Positions 56,607-64,000 of a stretch of 64,000 nucleotides of DNA are shown piece after piece. How positions within the stretch are numbered: the stretch's first letter is position 1; each line of letters opens with the position of its first letter. Origin of the DNA: a bacterium (GTDB taxonomy: Bacteria; UBA8248). Position numbers and translations under genes: made by a program. The stretch is taken from assembly GCA_965203325.1 (NCBI GenBank), contig OZ241875.1, forward strand, positions 3,488,001 to 3,552,000. Reading direction: 5' to 3'. Under the pieces are notes generated by a model, which ran no database searches, was not told the origin of the DNA, and saw nothing but the letters and a program-made list of their open reading frames with translations.

Positions 56607-57839
56607 TCACGCGTCGATAACCCTGAAGCTCCTGTCCTGGGGAATGAGCATCTCCCAGCCGTTTTCCTTCACGACGACCGAGTACTCGATCTGGTAGCCG
56701 CCGAAGCCGAAGGTGCCGATGGGCGCCTCGATGTTGATCACCGAATCGACGGGCAGGGGGATCTCCGAAGTCGTCGGGTAGAACGGCCCGTCGTGCTTCG
56801 ATTCGGGTCCCAGGATGAAGGGGAACTCCCTGGCTTCGAGGCCGATGGTGTGGCCGGCGAAGGGGGCGTTGAACTCGGGAAACCGCGACTGGATTCCCTT
56901 GACGAGCGCCTGGTATATCTGGTTGCCCGTACAGCCGGCCTTTATCACCTCCAGGCATTCGTGGAACCCCTCATCGATCCCCCTCCATTCGCGCTGCACG
57001 CGCTCGCTCGGCTCGCCGATGGAGCCGCAGCTTCCGGTGTCGGCGTTGTAGTTCTTGTGAAAAAGCCCGGCGTCGAACATGAAGCCGTCGCCCTTCCTGA
57101 GCTTTCTGTCCGTGGGCGGGAAGATGAAGACGCCCCTCGGGCCCGAGTTGAAGTGGAACCAGTGCCACATGCCGCCGGGCCGGGCCACCTCCTGGCGCCA
57201 GACCTCGGCCACCTCGCGCTCGCTCACGCCCTCATGCAGGAAGTCGAACACTTTTGTGATGGCGTCTTCGTTCACCTGGGCCGCCTCGCGCAGGCGGTCG
57301 AGCTCATCCGCTGTCTTGACGAGCCGCGTCATCAGGAACAGGCCCGAGCCGGGGATGAATTCACAATTGGGCAGTTTTTCCTTCAAAGTCTCGAACAGGC
57401 TGTCCGGGCAGCCCTCCTCGTCCAGGGCGATTCTGCCGGAAGTGATGCCCCGGTCCTTAAGCGCTGCGAGGAGGCCGTCGAGAAGCGTCGCGTGCTTGGC
57501 CCCGCTTGCGTGAAGCTCGCGGTAGCGCTTCATCTCGTCGTCGTGCGGCTCGTAGCCTTCCGGCTCGATGTGGTTCGCCTGTCCGCCCCAGACGTAGACG
57601 TTCTCGGCGTGTCCGCCGTAGGCGGCGTAGTAGGTGTTGTCCGCGCGGTTCATGATGAGGTCGGTGCCGGCGTCCGGGTCGCTGGTGATCACGCCGTAGC
57701 TTTTTCGCGCGCGGTAGACCCGTTGCGCCCAGCCGATGTGGCCCGTCAGGTAGGTGACGTTCTCGAGCGTCGTGCCGATCATGGCCGCCACGTCGTGTTC
57801 TCTCATCAGTTCCAGCGCGCGTTCCCTGTTGTAGAGCAT
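56607..57839 (-). CDS. M24 (Xaa-Pro peptidase/creatinase-like) family protein
   Basis: Creatinase N-domain (ENVTYLTG), R.VKT.DE, DAG..YNAD, GHTIGL, NIE, IE..VVV; likely ATG 57839. Confidence 0.88.
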   Translation of the reverse strand: MLYNRERALELMREHDVAAMIGTTLENVTYLTGHIGWAQRVYRARKSYGVITSDPDAGTDLIMNRADNTYYAAYGGHAENVYVWGGQANHIEPEGYEPHDDEMKRYRELHASGAKHATLLDGLLAALKDRGITSGRIALDEEGCPDSLFETLKEKLPNCEFIPGSGLFLMTRLVKTADELDRLREAAQVNEDAITKVFDFLHEGVSEREVAEVWRQEVARPGGMWHWFHFNSGPRGVFIFPPTDRKLRKGDGFMFDAGLFHKNYNADTGSCGSIGEPSERVQREWRGIDEGFHECLEVIKAGCTGNQIYQALVKGIQSRFPEFNAPFAGHTIGLEAREFPFILGPESKHDGPFYPTTSEIPLPVDSVINIEAPIGTFGFGGYQIEYSVVVKENGWEMLIPQDRSFRVIDA

Positions 57840-58054
57840 GTTTTTCTCCCTGAAAAAATTTCTTTCGCTGCACGGAATTTTGTTGGAAAATATCTCGGGG
57901 GGAATATGTATCACACTCAAACCGCATCAAGCGAGGCTGTGCGCCTTGACGGAAAGCGGGACGAAGCGCAAGGTTCATTAGAAGTAAGGGTGATTGGCTA
58001 TTTCTTTGGTTGTGCATCTCTTTGATTCATCATCGTCGTGAGGGGGAGTCGAGC

Positions 58055-58630
58055 GTGGAACTGGATCGCGCGAGTGCGGAGGCGCTCTTATTCGAGTGGA
58101 CCAAAAGCCCGGGTCTCAGGGCGCACGCCCGGGCGGTGGAGGCCGCCCTGCGCGCCTATGCGAGAAAATACGGAGAAGACGAGGCGCTTTGGGGCGTCAC
58201 CGGCCTGCTTCACGACATGGATTACGAAAAGCATCCCTCGCCCGAAGAACACCCCGAGACCGGCTGCGCGGTTCTGCGGGAGGCGGGTTACCCCGAGGAG
58301 ATGATACAGGCCATCCTGGGGCACGCGGAGTATCTGAACGTCCCCCGGGAGACGCGCCTCGCCCAGGCGCTCTTCGCCGTGGATGAACTGGTGGGCCTCA
58401 TCACCGCCGTCGCCCTGGTGAATCCGGCGAAGGACATCCGCCAGGTGAAGCCGCGAAGCATACGGAAAAAGTGGAAGGACAAGAATTTCGCCAAGGGCGT
58501 GAATCGCGCGGACGTGGAACTCGGCGCCTCGGAACTCGGGGTGCCTTTGGAGGAGCACGTCGCCTTCACGCTGGAGGCCATGCAGGGGGCGGCGGAGGAC
58601 CTGGGACTCGACGGCTCGCGTGCGGGCTGA
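58055..58630 (+). CDS. HDIG-type metal-dependent phosphohydrolase
   Basis: L..H..AVE, W..TGLLHDMDYE, AILGH, LFAVDELVGL, FAKGVNR; GTG 58055 after GGGAG. Confidence 0.88.
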   Translation: MELDRASAEALLFEWTKSPGLRAHARAVEAALRAYARKYGEDEALWGVTGLLHDMDYEKHPSPEEHPETGCAVLREAGYPEEMIQAILGHAEYLNVPRETRLAQALFAVDELVGLITAVALVNPAKDIRQVKPRSIRKKWKDKNFAKGVNRADVELGASELGVPLEEHVAFTLEAMQGAAEDLGLDGSRAG

Positions 58631-58667
58631 TGTGTTTGATTTTTTTGAAAAAAAGGTTGACTTTGCG

Positions 58668-58696
58668 TTGACGGCTTTAATGGATTTCCGCATAAT
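58668..58696 (+). promoter_or_regulatory. Putative sigma70 promoter of korAB
   Basis: TTGACG, 17 nt spacer, CATAAT with an AT-rich upstream tract. Confidence 0.55.
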
Positions 58697-58850
58697 TCGC
58701 GCTCGGCTGGTTGGTCGATAACTCGCCACTCGGACTCAAAAAAAGACATGCTCGAAAACGACATGCACGACATATGGTATTTCACGGTGAATAAAACCCT
58801 CCACGTGTTCTCCTACACCAGGTCTATCCAATTAAAGGACAACCAAACCA

Positions 58851-60707
58851 ATGGCTGAGTCTTCAGGTAAAAACGGGGCTGAGAAGCAGCTTGTTGAACT
58901 CGAAACGGTGGCGATTCGCTTCGCCGGCGACTCCGGCGACGGGATGCAGCTCACCGGAGACAGGTTCACGAACGCGGCGGCCATCGCCGGGAACGATCTG
59001 AGCACGTTCCCCGACTTTCCCGCCGAGATTCGCGCCCCGGTCGGGACGCTTGCCGGAGTCAGCGGGTTCCAGATCAACTTCTCGAGCAGGGACATCCATA
59101 CGCCCGGCGACGCCGTGGACGTTCTCGTGGCGATGAACCCCGCCGCGCTCAAGACGAGCATCGGCGATTTGAAGAGCGGGGGCATCATCATCGCGAACGT
59201 CGACAACTTCGGCCAGAAGAACCTGGCCAAGGCCGGCTATGAGTCCAACCCCCTCGAGGATGAGGAGTTCAAGAGCAACTATGACATCCACGAGGTGAAG
59301 ATCACCTCCATGACGCGCCAGGCCTTGGAAGACATGGAGCTTCAGTCCAACCTGGCGGATCGGTGCAAGAACTTCTTCGCGCTGGGGCTCATGTACTGGA
59401 TGTACTCGCGTCCGCTGGAGCCGACCAGGGAGTGGATCGAGGAGAAATTCGGGAAACGACCCGAGTTCGTGCAGGCCAACACGCGCGCGCTCGAGGCGGG
59501 CTATTTCTTCGGCGAGAACACCGAGGTCTTCACGAGCAACTACATCGTGCGCGAGGCGACCTACCCGGCCGGCCGGTACAGGAACATCTCGGGCAACGTC
59601 GCCCTGGCCTACGGCTTCATCGCGGCGACGAAGAAGATGGGCATCAACCTCTTCTGGGGCGCATATCCGATTACGCCGGCCAGCGACGTACTTCACGAAC
59701 TCTCCCGCCACAAGAATTTCGGCGTGCAGACCTTCCAGGCCGAAGATGAAATCGCCGCCGTCTCCGCGGCGCTGGGCGCTTCGTTCACCGGCTCGCTCGG
59801 CGTCACTTGCTCGAGCGGCCCCGGCATCGCTCTCAAGGCCGAAGCCATGGGCCTGGGTGTGATGACGGAGCTTCCCATGGTCATCGCGAACATCCAGCGC
59901 GGCGGCCCGAGCACCGGCCTTCCCACGAAGACCGAGCAGGCCGACCTCCTTCAGGTGATGTTCGGGCGCAACAGCGAGAGCCCGCTGCCGGTCGTGGCGG
60001 CGGCCACGCCGGGGGATTGTTTCTGGACGGCGATAGAGGCGAGCCGCCTGGCGGTGAAATACATGACGCCCGTCGTGCTTCTGAGCGACGGCTATCTGGC
60101 CAACGGCTCGGAACCCTGGCTGCTGCCCAGGGCGGCGGACATTCCCGAGATGCCGGTGACCTTCCGGACGGAGCCGGAAGGTTTTCTTCCCTACCTGCGC
60201 GACCCCGAAACGCTGGCGCGTCCGTGGGCGATCCCCGGAACGCCCGGGCTCGAGCACAGGATCGGCGGAATCGAGAAGGAAGACCAGACCGGCAACGTCA
60301 ACTACGAGCCCGAGAACCACGAGTTCATGGTGCGCACGCGCGACGCGAAGATCGCAGGCATCGCGAAGGACATCCCGCCCGTGGAGGTCATCGGCGAGGC
60401 GAGCGGCAAGGTGCTCGTCATCGGCTGGGGCGGCACCTTCGGCGCCATCACGGCGGCGATCGAGGCCTTGCAGGCCCGTGGCGCCTCCGTATCCCAGGTT
60501 CACCTGAGGCATCTCAACCCCTTCCCGGCGAACCTGGAAGAAGTGCTCGGCAATTTCGAAAAAATCCTCGTCCCCGAGTTGAACCTCGGGCAACTCTCCA
60601 AGATGCTCCGCTACCAGTATCTGGTCGACACGATCAGCTTCAACAAAATTCAGGGCAAGCCCTTCAAGGTCGGCGAACTGATTACCAAGATTGAGGAGTT
60701 ACTCTAA
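58851..60707 (+). CDS. korA: 2-oxoacid:ferredoxin oxidoreductase alpha subunit (gamma-alpha fusion)
   Basis: RFAGDSGDGMQL, YPITPAS, QAEDEI, SSGPG, QRGGPSTGLPTK. Confidence 0.95.
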   Translation: MAESSGKNGAEKQLVELETVAIRFAGDSGDGMQLTGDRFTNAAAIAGNDLSTFPDFPAEIRAPVGTLAGVSGFQINFSSRDIHTPGDAVDVLVAMNPAALKTSIGDLKSGGIIIANVDNFGQKNLAKAGYESNPLEDEEFKSNYDIHEVKITSMTRQALEDMELQSNLADRCKNFFALGLMYWMYSRPLEPTREWIEEKFGKRPEFVQANTRALEAGYFFGENTEVFTSNYIVREATYPAGRYRNISGNVALAYGFIAATKKMGINLFWGAYPITPASDVLHELSRHKNFGVQTFQAEDEIAAVSAALGASFTGSLGVTCSSGPGIALKAEAMGLGVMTELPMVIANIQRGGPSTGLPTKTEQADLLQVMFGRNSESPLPVVAAATPGDCFWTAIEASRLAVKYMTPVVLLSDGYLANGSEPWLLPRAADIPEMPVTFRTEPEGFLPYLRDPETLARPWAIPGTPGLEHRIGGIEKEDQTGNVNYEPENHEFMVRTRDAKIAGIAKDIPPVEVIGEASGKVLVIGWGGTFGAITAAIEALQARGASVSQVHLRHLNPFPANLEEVLGNFEKILVPELNLGQLSKMLRYQYLVDTISFNKIQGKPFKVGELITKIEELL

Positions 60708-61730
60708 ATGTCTACGACGACAGCCAAGAACGGCGGGGGTTTGGGCCTCACCCGCAAGGATTTTCAGTCCGACCAGGTCGTGCGCTGGTGCCCGGGTTGC
60801 GGCGACTACGCGATTCTGGCGCAGATGCAAAAAGTCTTGCCGACGCTCGAGATTCCGCGCGAGAAGTTCGTTTTCATCTCCGGCATCGGCTGCGCGGCGC
60901 GCTTTCCCTACTACATGGACACGTTCGGTTTCCACACCATTCACGGACGCGCTCCGGCGTTCGCCACCGGCGTCAAGGTGAGCAACCCGGACCTTTCCGT
61001 CTGGGTCATCAGCGGTGACGGCGACGCGCTGTCCATCGGCGGAAACCACCTGATCCACTCCATGCGCCGCAACGTGGGCGTCAAGATTATTCTCTTCAAC
61101 AACCGCGTGTACGGATTGACCAAGGGCCAGTATTCGCCGACCTCGCTTCTGGGCTCGCGCACGAAATCCACGCCCATCGGCTCGGTGGACTATCCGCTCC
61201 ACCCGCTGACGCTGGCCCTGGGGGCGGAATGCAGCTTCGTCGCCCGCACGACGGACAGGGATCAGAAGCACATGGCCGCGATGTTCGAGGAGATGGCGAA
61301 CCACGAGGGAACGTCGCTGCTCGAAGTGCTGCAGAACTGCATCGTGTTCAACGACGGCGCGTGGCACAAATTCACCGAAAAAGGCATGAAAGAGCAGAAC
61401 GTGATTTATCTCGAAGACGGTCAGCCCCTCGTCTACGGCCCGGAAGATGATCGCAAGGGCATTTCTCTCGAGGATTACAAGGTCCGCATCGTCGAGGCCG
61501 ATTCTCCCGACGTCACCGTCCACCGCGTGGACGACGAGGCGGGCGGCTACGCCCATATCCTGAGCCGGGTCGAACTCGAAGGCGGCCCTGTGCCCCTGGG
61601 CGTCCTGCGAAAGGTGGAGCGTCCGCCGTTCGAGGGACTGATGGTCGATCAAGTCGCCGCGGCCCAGGCGAAAGGCGAGGGCGATATCGACGCGCTCTTG
61701 AATTCGGGAGATACCTGGGAGCACAGCTAG
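60708..61730 (+). CDS. korB: 2-oxoacid:ferredoxin oxidoreductase beta subunit
   Basis: WCPGCGD, SGIGC, HGRA, GDGD..SIGGNH, NN.VYGLTKGQ.SPT. Confidence 0.96.
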   Translation: MSTTTAKNGGGLGLTRKDFQSDQVVRWCPGCGDYAILAQMQKVLPTLEIPREKFVFISGIGCAARFPYYMDTFGFHTIHGRAPAFATGVKVSNPDLSVWVISGDGDALSIGGNHLIHSMRRNVGVKIILFNNRVYGLTKGQYSPTSLLGSRTKSTPIGSVDYPLHPLTLALGAECSFVARTTDRDQKHMAAMFEEMANHEGTSLLEVLQNCIVFNDGAWHKFTEKGMKEQNVIYLEDGQPLVYGPEDDRKGISLEDYKVRIVEADSPDVTVHRVDDEAGGYAHILSRVELEGGPVPLGVLRKVERPPFEGLMVDQVAAAQAKGEGDIDALLNSGDTWEHS

Positions 61731-61802
61731 TATTCGTCGCCTCCAAGGGCCGCCGGTTTCCGTTCCGGCGGCCTTTCTCGCGCCTCCGGGCGTCCGGAAA
61801 CC

Positions 61803-62672
61803 ATGTCCAAAACCTTCACCCTCATGCTGGTTCATGCGCACCCCGACGATGAGTGCAGCAGCACGGGCGGTCTGATTCTCAGGAGCGCGCGCGAGGGCCA
61901 CCGCGTCATTCTCATCACCTGCACCAACGGCGAGATGGGCAAGATGGAGCATCTCGGCGAAAACCTCGACCCCGACTCCGAGGCGGACCAGGACAGACTC
62001 GGGGAGATCAGGCTCGAGGAACTCGAACGGGCGGCGCGGATATTAGGGGTTTCCGAGGTTCACGCCCTGGGCTATCGCGATTCGGGCATGGACGGCTGGG
62101 AGGGCAACGGGCATCCCCGGGCATTCAAGAACGCCGATGAGGAAGAAGTCGTCGGCAGATTAGCGGGCTACATACGCCGCTATCGCCCCGACGTGGTCGT
62201 TACCTACAACGAGCAGGGCGGGTACGGCCACCCCGATCATTTGATGGCCAACAAGGTCACCACCGAGGCGTTAGAGGCGGCGGCGGACGCCGCCAGATTC
62301 CCCGAAGAAGGGCAAGAGGCCTGGCGCGTGCCCAAGTTCTACCACACCGCGTGGTCGCGCACGAAGATGCTGCGCGCCTGGCGCTGGATGAAGTTGTTCG
62401 GGCAGAAAACGCCGCTCGACGATCCCGATTTCCGGGAGGACAAGTACGGGACGCCGGATGAGCTCATCACGACCCGCGTGAACATCCGCAGATACCTTCG
62501 CCGCAAATGGCGCGCCCTCACGGCGCACAAGAGCCAGATCAACGGGAATTTCTTCTGGTGGTTCGTCCGCATGACGGGGCGGTGGCTCTACAACGAGGAA
62601 ACCTTCGTTTGCGCCCGCTCGCAGACAGGGGTGCGCGACGAGGAGAGGTCGGTTTTCGAGGGCCTATCCTGA
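61803..62672 (+). CDS. PIG-L family deacetylase (Mca/MshB-like)
   Basis: HAHPDDE, R..EL..AA..LG, GYRDSGM, GGYGHPDH, AL.AH.SQ. Confidence 0.9.
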   Translation: MSKTFTLMLVHAHPDDECSSTGGLILRSAREGHRVILITCTNGEMGKMEHLGENLDPDSEADQDRLGEIRLEELERAARILGVSEVHALGYRDSGMDGWEGNGHPRAFKNADEEEVVGRLAGYIRRYRPDVVVTYNEQGGYGHPDHLMANKVTTEALEAAADAARFPEEGQEAWRVPKFYHTAWSRTKMLRAWRWMKLFGQKTPLDDPDFREDKYGTPDELITTRVNIRRYLRRKWRALTAHKSQINGNFFWWFVRMTGRWLYNEETFVCARSQTGVRDEERSVFEGLS

Positions 62673-63062
62673 ATCGTCCGAAAGGGGTTTGCTGACCTCG
62701 ATCAGAAACCCGTTCGGGTCCTTCAGCATGAACATGCGCACGCCCCAGGGGGCGTCGAGTGGCGGGAAAACGGTTTCCGCGCCTTTTTCCACGAGGACGT
62801 CATAGGCGCGGTCCACGTCCTCGGGCGTGAGCGTGACGACGACGCCCGAGCCCCTGGGTTCCCGGAGGGGTTCGAGATTCCACTTGCGCATCTCCTCATC
62901 GGGAATCGGCGCGTGGATGACGAGCGAGGTTCCTCCCACGTCATATCGCACGTGTTGTTTCTCCCGGCTCGCTTCTTTCAGACCCAGCGTTTCGGTATAA
63001 AAACGACACGACGCCTCGTAGTCTTTGGTGATGAGGAAAACGGCGGGCAGCGATTCGAACAA
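62664..63062 (-). CDS. VOC/glyoxalase family protein
   Basis: FY...LGL, DVD..Y..L...G, PWG.R...KDPNG.LIE. Confidence 0.88.
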   Translation of the reverse strand: MFESLPAVFLITKDYEASCRFYTETLGLKEASREKQHVRYDVGGTSLVIHAPIPDEEMRKWNLEPLREPRGSGVVVTLTPEDVDRAYDVLVEKGAETVFPPLDAPWGVRMFMLKDPNGFLIEVSKPLSDDSG

Positions 63063-63106
63063 TTCAGACTCCTTGCAGTTTTGATGCGCTCGTTTGGAGA
63101 AAAGGA

Positions 63107-63790
63107 ATGCCCCATCCCCTGGTCGAGCTGAAAGAAGTGTCCAAAACTTACGTCGCAGGCGATGTGCTCATCCACGCGCTTAAAGATGTGAACTTCCGGG
63201 TAGAACAAGGCGAGTTTATCACGGTTTCGGGCCCGAGCGGCTCGGGCAAGAGCACGTTTCTGCACTTGATGGGCGCGGTCGATGCACCCACCGGCGGCGA
63301 GGTTTTTCTGGGCGGACGGGAAATATCGCGCCTGAGCGATGAGGGCCTGAGCGAAATTCGCCGCAAAGAGGTGGGCTTCATCCATCAGTTCTTTCACCTC
63401 ATGCCGACGATGACGGCTTATGAAAACGTCGCCCTGCCGCTACTGCTTCAGGGCCGGAAGCGCGCCGAGATCAAAGAGATGGCCGAAAACGCCCTGGCGC
63501 GGGTAGGGCTTGAGAACCGTATGCGCAGCTTCCCGAGGCAACTCTCGGGCGGCGAGATGCAGCGCGTGGCCGTTGCGCGCGCCGTCATCCACAAACCCCG
63601 TCTCATCCTCGCCGATGAGCCGACGGGAAATCTCGATTCTGAAAACTCGCAAAACGTCCTGGAACTCGTCGCAGAACTCCACGAAGAAGATGGTTTCACT
63701 GTCGTCATGGCGACGCACGACCAGATGCCCTTGCACTACGCCACCCGGAGGGTCGGAATAGTTGATGGCCGCCTGGAGGGGGGTTGTTGA
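63107..63790 (+). CDS. ABC transporter ATP-binding protein (LolD/MacB type)
   Basis: [37 protein letters not shown]; stop codon lies inside the E9 terminal repeat. Confidence 0.95.
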   Translation: MPHPLVELKEVSKTYVAGDVLIHALKDVNFRVEQGEFITVSGPSGSGKSTFLHLMGAVDAPTGGEVFLGGREISRLSDEGLSEIRRKEVGFIHQFFHLMPTMTAYENVALPLLLQGRKRAEIKEMAENALARVGLENRMRSFPRQLSGGEMQRVAVARAVIHKPRLILADEPTGNLDSENSQNVLELVAELHEEDGFTVVMATHDQMPLHYATRRVGIVDGRLEGGC

Positions 63791-64000
63791 AAAAGACCTG
63801 GCTTCGTGATTCGGCGTATGTAATCGACCGGGGAGGGAATATGTCTCCATCCGCGTTTGGTGACGTAGGGGCGGCCCCCCGTGGCCGCCCGTATCGAAGA
63901 TGTCTACCCTCGTGGTTGTCCCGCATCAGGACAGGCACAGGGGCCTGTCCCTACGGTGTACAATTCGATAATCGGGATGCCCTCCCCCAAAGGGGTTGTT
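63780..64000. mobile_element. MITE-like element E9 (left end plus REP pair) and the start of another end at the window edge
   Basis: GGGGTTGTTGAAAAAG (63780-63795); GTAG-GGGCGGCCCCCCGTGGCCGCCC (63865-63890); GGACAGGCACAGGGGCCTGTCC-CTAC (63929-63954); GGGGTTGTT at 63992-64000. Confidence 0.7.

Overview
GC-rich bacterial chromosome segment, mostly housekeeping genes. These include rpe, ffh-rpsP-rimM-trmD-SPOUT MTase-rplS, rnhB-yraN, tolC-ruvX-mltG-romR-like-valS-birA-coaX, ribF, tRNA-Leu(CAG), an HspR-type heat-shock cluster (clpB-dnaK-dnaJ class B-hspR-htpX-grpE-dnaJ), rpoZ, HU/IHF, queA, trmJ and korAB. Gene order resembles deltaproteobacteria-like, Nitrospinota or Tectomicrobia genomes (inference only). 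Main signals beyond the ORF track: (1) two convergent, probably recoded selenoprotein genes 16 bp apart, an ArsC/Spx-like UxxC protein and a radical SAM enzyme with a C-U-A-E-P tail, each with a bacterial SECIS-like hairpin, flanked by a MarR/LLM/cyclase unit and an A-type Fe-S carrier; (2) at least 8 non-coding MITE-like elements sharing GGGGTTGTTGAAAAAG-type ends but carrying three unrelated palindromic cargos, with target duplications in some copies and stop codons donated to or duplicated for host genes; (3) a RomR/PopZ-like pseudo-receiver protein upstream of valS; (4) a 926-aa membrane-anchored coiled-coil/OmpA protein built from 70/77-aa units; (5) a Tat-less molybdopterin oxidoreductase with a fused FeS-NrfD subunit; (6) an AT-rich four-ORFan mini-operon. 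No CRISPR array, rRNA, transposase or integrase was seen. All calls come from motif recognition by eye; no database searches were run.
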